Part shown: piece after piece, positions 49,171 to 61,993 of the stretch
Layout of the letters: each line of letters starts with the position of its first letter
Numbering within the stretch: position 1 is the first letter of the stretch
NCBI GenBank assembly: GCA_020891255.1
Contig: BQFW01000005.1
Span: forward strand, 1,550,001 to 1,614,000
Source: Entomortierella parvispora E1425
Lineage: Eukaryota; Fungi; Mortierellomycota
DNA length: 64,000 bases
Direction: 5' to 3'
Program-made: the position numbers and the translations under genes
The notes under the pieces: generated by a model
What the model was told of the DNA's origin: nothing
The model's database searches: none
Seen by the model: the letters and a program-made list of their open reading frames with translations, nothing else

Positions 49171-52100
49171 ATGTCAAAATACACAGGTAATCTGTCCATA
49201 TGCATGTCTGTCATTTTACGCGAGCGCTTGGCTGCGCGTGCTAATCCCATGACAAGAGATCCACCTGGTGTTTTCTCTTTCGACTGTCGGCCCTGATTAC
49301 CCCTGCCTCTGCGACTAATGTTACCTCTTCTCCTTTCTGATCTGCATAGGGCATGCAGCGAATCACCCCCGAGGAGCATTCCCACAATTGAACAACCATG
49401 GGGGCAATTATCCGCCCGGATCAGGCGGCGGACCAGGAGGCAATGTACCTGGAATGCCTAACCAAGGCGTACAGCCTCCTCCAACGCGCATAGGATTCTC
49501 AACAGGACGCAATACCGTACCACCACCCATGGGCTATCACCCAGGAGGCGTTGGCGGCATGAACAGTAGCGGGAATCCCCAGGGAGGAAATCCTGGATAT
49601 GGCAACACCTTTGCGACCTCCTCGGGCATGCCATACGCCAACAGTCTTGGCGTGAGCAATATGGGCAATAATGCTGGCGGTGGTATTAATAATGTCGGCA
49701 ACCCGAATCAATTGCCATTTGGACATCCTTCACAACAGACTACACCGACGCATTCACCCTACGCATCTTCACCTTCGTCATCCTATGCAAACTCGGGCAA
49801 GAATCATGCTTCTACACCGTTGCGCCGTTACATCTTGTTACCGCCTCCGAAACAGCGAAAGCTCCACAGGAGCAGTGATCTGGGTAATTAGAGTCGATAA
49901 AAGCATCAACTCAGCCGCAGGAGTGGATTATGACTGGAAAGGTGAAGCGGCAATATTAATCGTATGTATCTGCTGGATCAATACGACATTAGGATTTCCT
50001 GGAGTTTTCCCACAAAAGCCAGGGCAGGATGAGGATCAGATGACCCCAAGCAACGTCAAAACCGGCTACATCGATAAGGGCATTATTCAGGTAATGGTCA
50101 ATGACAGTTATTCATGAAGCGGTGCCATTTGAACAAAATCGACCTGGATTTCTAAAGAAAATACCGTCAACTCCTCTTATAGAATGAAACTGTATCAGCC
50201 CAGGGAATCTTGGCAGATGGTCTGCAGGATCCAAAAAAGCTGCACGATCTGGGATCGTTTATGGTTGACGTCTTGAAAAAAAGACAAGAGTCCAGCAGGA
50301 TTAAAGGGTATGGCTGTGGTTGCACTGAACTTATTTTTGACGATATCAACACATGTTAACCATTAATCCGAAACCGTTTAGACCCAGCACGTTCAGGCCC
50401 CCGAGCCGAGCAACACTCAATGATCAAAAGAAAGAGCAGTGGCTTACGGACCTTTCAGGAACAACCTCCCTTCGACGACTCTCCAAGAGCGTACCACATG
50501 GATTCAAATCGGACAAGTTATTGGATACATTGGCTCAACGTCAAGTACCGTTACTGCGCGCGTCTTGGTATATCAAAATAGTGGCGCTCAGCGAAATGCA
50601 GGCTCAGAGAGGCAGGACTTCTTCTACCCAAAATCAATACTCGACCGACTGGACCATGACCGTCAATATGTTTCTCAAAAAGCAACTACTCGAGATCAAT
50701 CCCCATTCGACAGCAAAACCCGCTGCGTCTTCCCTCAACCCAGCTGGCGGAGCACAGGTCATAAAGCCATGGGCAAGCGAGGAGGCCAAAGAGAAGTGGG
50801 AGTCAAAATGGCGATACTCGGTCATGTTGACGAAATGGCAGTATAATGAGGGGTTGCTGGATCACCGCCATTTTCTGCGCGCTACAGTGGAGCAGTTGTC
50901 GACTCTTGGGTTTGAGCAGGTAGCTCTTTTGCTCAGCCTGATTTCAATGTTTTTGTCAGAGTATGCACGGTCCAGACTTTTGATGCGACTCTTGATCGAG
51001 GGACTCTTAAATACCCTTCAGGCGGTAAGTATTGAGCTGAGCGAATTGTAAGAAAACTAGCTTCAATCCATCAAATGAAGTATTCAAAGTGCTAACAGCA
51101 GTGACTTTCTCTAGGTCCAAAGCCTTCCATCATATAATCAAACCGTTTTTCGATACACGTATCTTGAACTGGAGCTCAAAAGGATGCTGCAGGTACGTCT
51201 GGTTGAGTCTTGAAATGTGGTTATCCTTTTATCATGGCGGCTTTGCTAACCTGGAGCAACACGATATGGTTACTAGTCTATATTTCTATCTACTCCAGAT
51301 ATGTTTGTGATTCCAAAAGCATGGGCGATCCACTCCACCTTGCTACAAAATGTGCTTTTGCACGATGTACAGTCAAGTGTACACAAGCCTGCAGTCTTTC
51401 CTAATGTCGGATCGGTTCTGGAGTCACACTACAACATGATTCAGGCCCGTGTTCGAGTATTCACCAACTTGACTTCATCAGGAGTGGATACTCCTGGGAG
51501 GAAAACTTGTCATGGCTGCAATGTAGATGTAAGAAGCCGAGCGCGTCTTTTTTGTTTTTGGAGACAAATAATTAATAGTAACACGGTCCATTTTTGTCAT
51601 TGATAGATTTTGGATAAATTCGACAGGACATCGGATCTGGAGCAGGTCGCTTATGACTTTTTTTCAGATCAAACGGGCGAGGGATATGCAGAGTCCTCGG
51701 CATCAGCACCGATATCTCCTTTGAAGTCAACTTTTCCTCTTTCTGATGCAGGAGGTCTCGCCAACGTCGCAGGTGTTTCCACCTCTATTACACCATCTAC
51801 ATCATCACAACGTCAAGAAGCTGAATGGAAATCTCGCGTACATACCCTATGTGAATGGGCCATCACTAATTCGCGCCATGGACACCACCGTGTTTATCTC
51901 GTTGGGACGCTGCTGAGCATCTGGAAAGAGTCCCCCTCATTGCCGCCACACATGCTGAGTGATTCTGATAAGTCATCTCGTCTTCAATCGGCTCTTATCG
52001 AGTTCTTGGATAGCTTCAATGGCACGACCATGGATACCCAACAAAACTCACAACATCATCATCATCAGTCTTCGGGGAGCGAGGATACTCTGGAAGCTAT

Positions 52101-55100
52101 GACAAGGCTCTTTGGGAACTTGATCCACGAACGACTCTTTTCGTATCAGCAATATCTTCAACGACTGATAGCTCGAGGAGACATGAGACCAAGCAAGAGG
52201 AACCAGGAATCCACATTGCGGCATTTGAAGTATCTGCAGTCGTTCCCTTTGCACAAGGGCGCTCAGCCGTATCAACTGAACCAGAGGAGAGTGGTCTTGT
52301 TTGGAGTCAACGGGGACGACGATTATGATCGAGAGTGCTTCGAGATGATTACAGCTCAGATCAGGACAAAACTGCCGTTCATGTTTTCACCGGAATGTAA
52401 GGACTTATACTGCGACACGATGTTGGGTAGGATTGAATGACAAAGCTTTGCTTTGACTTACCTTATATTATTTTTGAATTTATAGCCGCCAATATGACTG
52501 TTCCAGTGGATGACTCCTCCAGGGACACTGGGGACCTTGCGATGGCGTTGCCAGTTCAGTTGACAGAGCTCATTCTTTCGTCAAGCCGATTCTGTCAACT
52601 GCGAGTGACATCCCAATGGCTTCTGGAGACTGTCAAGTCTTATGTCGTCAAGCACATTCCAATCGGAGAGGACAATTGGAGGGTTATGACTTCGCCTGGC
52701 TCGTCGCTCCTAAATGGCCGACAATTCGCGACAGTGGTGAACGTAATGGAGATCGCTAGCGACTTTTATTCGCTCTTTGAGATGTGTACTTGGCTGATGG
52801 AGCACACAATCGATAAGACCCTCTTGACATATGTAGTCAATGTGGCCAAGAAACACCATATGGTCTGGGCATCCATGAATGTTCAAACAAAATTTGCTCA
52901 GGACATCCTTGCCAAGGTAGGCACTGGGAGGATAAGGCGTAAAGAAATTATATGGCGTATCAAATTGTTCCAGTTATTGAACCTCTGCCTTCCTCTATAA
53001 TAGCACTATCAGCTGCAAAGCAAAAATATTTTAATCAAGGCCTTGCCACTGTTCTTGGCACAAGAGGCTGTCAATGTACCTGAGGATATCCGTCAGCAGA
53101 TGGAGGACGATCTCCTTGTTTCGAAATCCATTGGCGGAGCAAATGCCGTCATCCCAAGTTACTTCCACGAGTTGCAGCAGTTGGTCAGAGATCCATCACC
53201 CTCAGCTGTCTCCAACGCTGCATCTGTGCTTCACTCCAAGTACGGTGGTCATTCTCACTGGCCACTTCGACTTTTTGATGGTTGCATCAATGCGTTACAA
53301 AAACTGGATGCTTCGGCGTGGTCCTCAGGAATGGATGTATCCTTGGATGGACTTTCTCCTGATCAGGCGTTACAGCAACAACTGAAAGCTTCTCGTCTAT
53401 ATGCGGAACTCTTGGTCGAGATGGCTGAACGATTGGGCACAGGCTGCATGAATGAAGTGGTACTCTCTTGGCTCCGATTGCACGACGGGGATTGGATGGC
53501 TGACGTTTTCGGCGCTTCGTCAACAGCTCCAACATCGGAGGATTCACCTGTGGTACGGGATGAGCGGCCGACGTGGTTCCTTTCGTTCATGGTCCAGTTG
53601 GTAATCAAGGGCTTTTGCTCAATCGAGGTCTTGGTACAAAACATGTGCGGAGCGATGTTGACGAAGGTAGCAAGCTCTATCCGACCATCTTCCTTTCTGG
53701 CAGAACACGGAGGAGATATTCTCCATGGCCAGGGGTCCCAACAATCGCAGAGTCAGCAACACCAGCACCAAGAGGAGGACGAGGAAGAGCCGGATGAAAC
53801 ACTCGGTCATTCTGCCATTCCAGACGATGCTACATTACGGTTATGTCGCACTATGGTGTCGTTGCTACGACTCTTGCTCCTGGAGGATCCTGCATCCAAC
53901 CCTAGATCAAGCCACCATCACCACCACAGTTTAAGCGTTGGGCAGGACATGGATCGACCAAATCTTCAACTGACTATTGCCGAGATCCATGCATTACAGA
54001 CTCAGAGATACTCAAGATTGATGACAGGATCGGCTACCACTGCTTCGGCTGACATCGATACCGCGATGACAGGGGATGGAGATGCGGGAACTACGGCCGC
54101 GGCTGACAAGACAATGGCCATGATGCTGATTCAGTTCCAGATTTGCCGGGATTTGGTGTGGATTGAATCATGCCTTCCCTTAAATCATCGCGTGCTACAT
54201 GAGATCCAGGAGTATCGCAAGGACTGGGCTTTCTCAGCAGATTGGCTCAGAGAGCAATGCTTGTCCAATGTCGATGGGGCCTACCAGATGTTGCTGCAGA
54301 CTCGCCATAGCAAGACAGGTACTCAGTCAGCCGACGGGCAGGATCAACAGCCAGAGACGAAGGGACCATTGTCGTCTTCAGCCAAAAGAAGAACCAGGAA
54401 GAGAATTGAAATTGTAGACCGAAAGATGATGGAGACATTCCAGATGCTTGTGGCCGAGAATCAGGAGAGTCAACTCTTGCTAATGGACACGTACGGAATG
54501 GACTCTATGACTCCACTGACACCCAACATGATTCACCAACGAACATTACGGAGTATCTTTAACAGAGTCGATCGCTGGATTTTCGATCGATGTAAGGTCG
54601 AGTTTTGGCTGCTGCTTGATAATGTCATGATGATGGAGCGACAGGACAAGGGACGCCGTCTCTTGAATAACGGCTCTGGTGGAAATGGCATGGCCTCTAC
54701 GCTTACTTCTGTTGGCTCTGGATCTGATGGAGTTGGATCTCGGGGTGGACTTTTAGGGGACGAGACATCGACTCAGAGTTCTGGCCCCGATAGCTTGATG
54801 ATGGAAGGTGTGGAGCAGCAGCATCAGCAAAAGGCACACCAACAACGGTCTTTGGTTGATGGCGAGGATGGCCTTGATACCTCCATGGACGGTTCACTGA
54901 GGTCCCACAGCGACAGTCTGCATCAGCTGATCCACATTTTCTTCCAAGAGTTTGTTCTTTCAGAAACCGCGGACAAGGAGCTACTGGGGCGGATGCTGGT
55001 TGGTTTGCGCAAAGACGTTGTGGAAGAGGTAACAGTGGAAATACGATACAATTTCCTCGACATGATGCATGGTCAATTCTCCAGACGCAGTCGACTAACA

Positions 55101-58100
55101 ATTTTCAATGACACTATTCTAGTTTATTCGCTATGGATATGGCTTACTAGCTGGAGATTCAAGCTCGAGTGAATTCCCGTACAGTGTCATGATTGTGCAG
55201 CGTCCAGTCAGCAGTGTCGATTATACAACAATCGTGGCCAACTTTCACCATGTCATGGAGGTTTTGATCAAGGAGAACCAGCCTGGCCTTTCCTTGGTAT
55301 CAGACGATGGACAATCAGGAAGCGGAACAACAAGTGTGGCAACACCTTCGGCCTCCGCTTCGACACCTTCGGCCAACCCCGTCGTCTCGGTCGTTGATCC
55401 AACCGGTGCAACTCTGCAAGGACTGGATGCGGCGCAACTGGAGAGCAGGATTAGCTATGCAAAGAGCCTGCTCTGGCAACTCAAGAGATTCGAAGACCGG
55501 ATCAATGTCTTTGATGTTATGCATGCGATCGGAGTCTCTTTTGAGGATGCGAAGAAGGTGGTCAAGGAATCGGAGGGTGGAGCATCAGGTGCAAGTGGCA
55601 TAGGCAACGCCTCTGATATGGAAGACGTTCTTCTGACTGCCTCCATGCAAAGGCACCGGACGCCTCAGAGTGGCGAACAAACACACCGCTCTTACCGTCC
55701 TGATGATATCGACTCCAGTTCAATATATGGATCACATGGCCATTCTCATCTCGACCATCATAATCAACACTTACAGCAAGGCTCTCAACAGCAACAACAA
55801 CAGCGACACACCTCAGCATTCAGTGGCTCAAACACTGCCTCTACAGTGTCTAGCGAGATTCACTTGATTGATCTTCGAACCAGTCTTTGCCTTCGACTTC
55901 GTCTTTTGGTTCCATTACTGCCAGTGATTCTCCAGCATCGGTCCGCAAGCGCTTGTGACCTGTCAACCTATGTCATCCGTTTAACAAATCTGTTGGTCTC
56001 TTCAGTGATCCACGGTCATGGCTCAGAGGAAAGGCTCTTTGAGTTTTGTTTGGACATGGTTTCCTGCCTGATGGATGAGGTCCTTCTACTCTCTACTGGC
56101 GGTGGCAGTTCAGGCGATGGAGCGGAATCCAAGGCCATCCGAAACGACATTTTGAACAAGCTCAGGACAGGGTTTCCTCAGATGACGAGCTCGATCCCAA
56201 CAGTGTTTGCTAGTCGTATCTTCAGGATCCTGCCGTTCCAGCAGCATAATGTGTATTTTACCAGTCTGAGGATCGCCTCCGGACCCAACGGACTAGAAGA
56301 ACCCGCCACGGGCCTCACACCAGCGACTGCCTCCAATGGTGGACTGAAGAGCTCTACTGGTCCCCAGTCTGTGCCCGTTGTGGCCAAAGAAATCATTCCG
56401 CGTCCTTGGGATTGGCTCGAGGATTGCGTGGGGGATGTGGACCAAAATGCCTCGCAGCAGAGTCAACTTTCAGTACAGCAGCCCTCAGCATCTCAGCAAG
56501 TCAGTCCAGCTGGGCTTGGATTGGGTTTGTCGGAGTCGACACCGTCCATGAGCAATGGCGATTCAATGACTCCGGGAATGAGTGGCTCGACCTCTACGCC
56601 AGTGGCGTCCAATGCTGGCGGCGTCTTTGGAGGGTCATCTGCGGCGTCAGCTGCGCCAAGTGAGAATCTGAACGACACGTCCATCTCCCTTACATTCTTT
56701 GGTGCCAAACAGATCCGAAAGTCCAATGATGGCACCACCTACGAAAAGCAGTTCCGACTGGGACACGGAGGTGGTGAGGATGAGCTTCGATTGATCCAGG
56801 AAGAAGAACAGCAGAGGCCCGACCACTACAACCATTCTCATCAGCAGCAGTTGTTGATTCTGCAGCACCAGCAGAGGCAGCAAGAAATTCTTCTAAGACA
56901 GAAATTGCAAGAGGAAGAAGAAGCCCGACAGGAAGCGTTGAGACTGCAACAGCTGCAACAGCAGGCACACCTTCAGCTACAGCCTCAACAACCAGCAGTC
57001 TCCAGTGTTGGTGGTGCATCGTCAGTTTCCTCATCCATCTCGGTGGTCCCGCCCTTGCCAGTCCAGCACGATATCTTTTCAGAGCTAGAGAACGATGGAG
57101 ATTTGGATCCGATGTCTTGGGAAAATAGCAATGCTAGCAACTCTGGTGGTACGACCATGCTACATCTCCCAGGCTCTGGAGGGTCTTCGTCCGGCGTCCA
57201 GGTATCGCTACCTGGGATGGACTTGGGGCTTACCAGCGGTAGCAGCAACTCTGGATTGGTGCTGGAGGAGGGTGAAGTCATTGAAGGTAATATATTCCAG
57301 GATCCCATAGCTTCGACGGTCAGCTCCGCCACTACGACTGCGCCCTTGATCTCGACACCAACGACAAGTTCAGCATCTGCCTCCAAAGGAGCATCGGTCG
57401 TGACAGCCTCGCCTGCGAAGGGTGCTAGTGCCAGCAATACAACTGCGTCCACTGCATCTTCATCAACTGTATCAGTGCCGGCACCAGCTCCCCCAGCCAA
57501 GAAGCGAGCTTCGACTAGTAAATCTAAAAGCTCAGGAGGATCAAAGGCCAGCAAAGCCGCAGCAGCAGCCGCTGCGGCCGCAGCTGCGGCTTCTGGGGCA
57601 TCTGCATCGTCTACTGCTCCTCCTGTATCAGCACCAGCTCCTGCGCCCATTCCTGTTCCTATTTCTGTCCCAGCACCTGCCCCAGCACCTGCCCCAGCAC
57701 CTACCCCAGCTACAAAACCGTCGAAAAGCCGAAGCAAGAAAGCTGTCGCGGCAGCAGCAGCAGCAGCAGCAGCGGCGGCGGCCTCCTTGAGCACGACCGC
57801 ACCTACTAGCACTGCAGCTGTTGCTGTGCCCATGACCACTTCGGGCTCCAATAGCGGACCAGCGAACGTTACGAGTATGGCTGTATCGTCTACCATTGCG
57901 GGCTCTGTTGCCGCGTCCGCCCCTCTTCAACAACAGCAGCAGGCTGCAGTTCAACAGCAACCATTTCAGCAACAGTTTATTCCACAGCAATCGGTGCAGG
58001 GATTCACTGGTGCCACTCAGCAGCAGCTTCGGATGCCTGGCGTGGGAGTCGGAAACGTGAGTAACGGACCCATGTCGCTTGCTTTGCCCCCTCAAGGCAT

Positions 58101-58143
58101 GGGTATGGGCATGAATATTCCTCAACAGCCTCAGCAGCAGCAA

Positions 58144-58175
<32 letters not shown>

Positions 58176-58608
58176 ACTTCTTATGAATCTCAATCTCATG
58201 AGACAGAATGCGGCCGCTGCTACTAGTGCTGGTGGAGGACTGGCCGGAGTGGCTATGATGGGTGGTCAAGGTCAGCAACAGCTGTTTCAGCAGCAGCACT
58301 TGCAACAACCGCAGCAGCACTTTCAACTTTCGCACCAGCAGCAGCAACAACCGCAAGGTCAACAACTGACAATGTTACAGCAGCGCCAACAGCAGCAACA
58401 GCTCCATCAGCCTCAGTTCAATGTGCGGGGCATGTTGCCGGGTCAACAGCAGCAGCAACAGCACCAACTACAGCAGCAGCAGCAACAGCAACAGCAACAA
58501 CCGATGTATATGGATCCCAATGTATTCCAGTTCCAACAACCGCAGCAAGGCCAAGGTCAGCAGCCACAGCAACAACAGCAACCAGGAGGGCAGAATTACT
58601 TTCAATAA
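49171..58608 (+). CDS. MED12: Mediator kinase-module subunit Med12 (Srb8) with a long Q/A/S-rich C-terminus
   Basis: Med12 domain FRPPSRATLNDQKKEQWLTDL...LRRLSKSVPHGFK...LAQRQVPLLRASWYIKIV, then WQYNEGLLDHRHFL, LCEWAIT..RHG.HRVY, LFGNLIHERLFSYQQYLQRLIARGD and SLCLRLRLLVPLLPVI. Start exon ATGTCAAAATACACAG is in phase with ORF 49388. Confidence 0.92.
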
Positions 58609-59005
58609 CTAAGTCATTCAGAACGATGACGACAGGAGAGCACTTCTCGACCTTGCCGAGTATTGTACAATATCAAAGAACATAATAAAAACGAAAATAG
58701 GAAGAGAAAGAGAGAAGGTACAACTGAAGAGCGCCTTGTCTTGGACGCGTTTATGGCAACGGATGTGCTTTGGATGGCTGTCATTGATGGCAATGTCTGA
58801 ATATGTACCTATAGACCGCCTTTTGTTTCGTGAATTTTTTTATTTTTTTTTTGCCTTTGTTTGTTGCCCTGTTCTTGGGTCTTGTCCTTCCTCTTCTTTT
58901 GTTTCCCCATATCTCTCTCTTTCATCTTCTTCTCTCCTTACACCATTATACCACACAGCCTCACAAGCAAAGCAGACTCACCGACTGACTCGCCCTTGAC
59001 TCCCG

Positions 59006-60064
59006 ATGGCTTCTCCACTCCCTACCACTAAGAACAACCTCTCCAACTATGCTCCGTCTACCGATCAAGTAGTGCGTGAGGTCGACATTGCCCACAGCCC
59101 GACCATGCCCTCCGTAGAGACTGTTGGATCGACACTTTCCGAGCCATCTGCTGTGGACGACTACAGGAGCGACAACGAAGAGAGCGAGAGTGAGGAGAAC
59201 GACAGCTCTGATGGCCTCCAAAGCAGTGATCCCAGCAATGATGGATCGACTGTGGGTGCTTTGATGCCCGATCCTTTCATGGAGCTTCTTCAGTCGATGA
59301 ATCGCCTGACGCTGAACCGACTGGACTTGGGAGAGTACGACCGAGGTGAACGACGGCTGATTGACCAAGAGAGATGTCGTCGAAAGGCGCTGGGTCCAGT
59401 CCTGCCGGTGACGGTGGCGGCTGCAGAAAGGAAGAAGAGGAAGCGGGCCCGCAGGAACCAGAGGCGAGCTGTGAGAGCCGAGTACGATGGTCGTCATCTT
59501 CATGAACATTTGGTCATGGCCCTGGAGGAGGAGGACGGCGATGGCATTCCTGCGTATGACCTTGTCTACGACTCGGATTTGGGAGACACCACCCCCAGGG
59601 TCCACTATGGCAATCGAGAGAACAAGGCCCTCTTTCTCTGCTACGCTTGCCGACCGACCAGACGACAGCAAGATGAGCAGAGGAGGGCAGTCAGCACAAA
59701 GAGAATCCCGCGGGTGTGGACCTCGTCTGTGGTCTTTACAGAGTATTGGCTCGTCTCGCACGACACGGATCCTATCGATTCCACACCAACCCCAACTGAC
59801 ACGGCCGACACGGCCGACACGACGCGGTACCGGGTGGTGATCCATGCCCAAAAATGCCGTTGCTGCGAGCGGTACATCAAGCCCAAGCTGATGCCGAAAA
59901 AGTTTGTCCACAAGACTATCCAGGCGTTCAACTTGTGGACGGGAAGGCGAAATTGGGTCCACGATGCAGCGGACGATTACTTGAACTTGCATCGATCTGT
60001 GGGACAGCACGATTCTACGCGATGCCATGGATGCGAAATCGGAAGATGCCGTCGCTTGTGTTAA
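59006..60064 (+). CDS. Intronless 3CxxC-type zinc-binding domain protein (zf-3CxxC; RTP/ZAR1-like fold)
   Basis: LFLCYAC...VWTSSVV...YRVVIHAQKCRCC...HDSTRCHGCEIGRC gives three CxxC plus HxxxxC. The N-terminus is acidic and disordered, with basic RKKRKRARR. Confidence 0.8.
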   Translation: MASPLPTTKNNLSNYAPSTDQVVREVDIAHSPTMPSVETVGSTLSEPSAVDDYRSDNEESESEENDSSDGLQSSDPSNDGSTVGALMPDPFMELLQSMNRLTLNRLDLGEYDRGERRLIDQERCRRKALGPVLPVTVAAAERKKRKRARRNQRRAVRAEYDGRHLHEHLVMALEEEDGDGIPAYDLVYDSDLGDTTPRVHYGNRENKALFLCYACRPTRRQQDEQRRAVSTKRIPRVWTSSVVFTEYWLVSHDTDPIDSTPTPTDTADTADTTRYRVVIHAQKCRCCERYIKPKLMPKKFVHKTIQAFNLWTGRRNWVHDAADDYLNLHRSVGQHDSTRCHGCEIGRCRRLC

Positions 60065-61160
60065 ACGGCTGGCCATGGACGTGCTCGCGCTGATTCAGGG
60101 GAAAAAACTCCTTTGTGAGACGCTTTTTTGGGTCGCAAAACTTATGCTCTTTCCTCTTTTAGTCAATGGGTGTCAAGATGTCAAATAAAAGAGGCATGGC
60201 AGCACAACAATGATCAAGAAGGACCAAAAATTTGACGACAACATGACATTCTCGTCAACGAAAGACAGGCAGGCAGGCGCGCAATGGATTTCTGGGCGCG
60301 TTGCTGCGGTGTGGATAACAAGGACTTTGTCTTGGGGGGTAGGACAGGGCCAGGCTCGCAGAACAAACGAGCTTGCGTGCGCCTTGCGTGCGAATGAAGG
60401 GGGTGGAGTTCTTTGACTTCTTTATTTTTTTGTGATTTTCTTTTATATTGGCCTACGAGGTGTGCGTTCTCCATTGAGGTGGAGCCTCTAGGCGGCGGTT
60501 ATTCATTGTTTTCTATCTTTGTTCCTTGTTCCTTGTATTCTTGACGCGAGTTCCCTTTCCACTTGCTTCAACTTGTGGGGCGAGTCAGTCACTGTGATTG
60601 GCGAAGGCAAGCTCGCCGTGGAGTTCTGATCAGTGCACTGGCTGTCAGTGCGAGAGTCAAGAAGAAAGAGTAACGTTCCAAAGCTGTGGGAGTCAAGGTG
60701 GAGTCGCAAGTTGCGATACGAGGGAAACAATGTAAGCAAGAGTCATTTTTTCATTGGCAGAACCTTTAACTACGACTCCTCAGCTGCTTTACCGGGTGTC
60801 GCTGAAATTTCTTGCATACGAGCACAACCCCAACTCAATGCTTGTCAACGATAAGCTGCGATGACAAGGAAACAATAATGAGTGAGAGTCATTTTTCATC
60901 ATCGGCGAAACCATAGAACGACGCTTGGTCATAGACATTGTTGCCTTTGTTCTGGTGTGGGAAGTTGATGGAGGGACATGGGGAGCAAGGATGGGCGAGG
61001 ATGAAAAACAAGCAAGAACAAAACAAACATTGTACCCTCTGCTCCAATGTTTGCGGGACGCATTGAGTTTATGCCTGTGGTCATAGAAAAAGCTAGTGGA
61101 GGCGGGTGTTCTTGTATACAATGACGTGGATGTCGTAGATCCGAACTAAATCGAAGCAGG

Positions 61161-61632
61161 TGTCACGAATCTAGCTTAGGTTCTAGAACACGTCTGTCAC
61201 GAATCCAGCTCGGATATTCCCCCACGCGTTCGTAGTATCTCTGCCCTATGCCATCTCCCGCGTTCTAGACCGTGGCCTGGAATTTAGACTAGTACTTCTC
61301 CGCACCAATCCCTGTCTGCCCATCCTTTGGGCCTTACTCATAGCTCGCGTTAGTGCAAGGCCTTCATCAACAACGCCATTCTAGCACCCATTCATAGGTA
61401 CATCTCTCTGTCATCATCCATCTTGTCGATAATCACATTCCATCTGGTTCTGTTTTGCTCTTCTCTGACCCTTCATCATCGCCTATAACCATTGCGGAAC
61501 TTACCCGCCCCTAGTGTATAAACTCCTTCGTAGCCCTCAGTCTGCAATTCACAATTTACATTAAAGCCTACTTGTTTCTACCTTCCTTTCCTTGCAACCC
61601 ACCTTCACAGTACGTGTCTGATCGTGATATCA
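61161..61632 (+). mobile_element. Possible degenerate solo LTR or small TIR element
   Basis: Starts TGTCACGAATC (twice, at 61161 and 61195). TATAAA at ~61518, ATTAAA at ~61560, end ...GATCGTGATATCA (imperfect inverse of the start) followed by GA-TGGTAT. No target-site duplication found. Confidence 0.3.
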
Positions 61633-61993
61633 GATGGTATTTCGTGAAACAGCGCACAATTAACAAAAATATCGGTCAACAGACGGAAAAGATATCTTGG
61701 ATGTTTATTTCTTCATCCAGAAAGCATTTCTTTATGTCTGCTCGCTATTTACGCTATTTGTTTCTCCTCATCTCCTCTTTCCGGGAAAGGATGTGAATCC
61801 ACCTCGTGGTCATTAGTAGATTCGCCCATTGGAGATCATCAGTACCATACTAAGTGAAAGAGAGGAAAGTGACCAGCGAGTGTTAAAGTAATGTCGAAGA
61901 GAAGGGTTCCCTTGAATTAGTCCAGGCGGAGCGATTCTTACCTTTGTTGCCAGGTTGATCATTGTTGAACGATGTCCATTGTCACGTAAATAT

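Noticed and set aside
56985-58365. Long - strand ORFs with poly-Ala, poly-Leu and poly-Cys
   Set aside because: Reverse-frame readings of Med12 CAG/GCA repeats.
58961-60076. 371-aa - strand ORF fully overlapping the zf-3CxxC gene
   Set aside because: Composition is what the reverse complement of the sense codons would give; no motif or separate start context.
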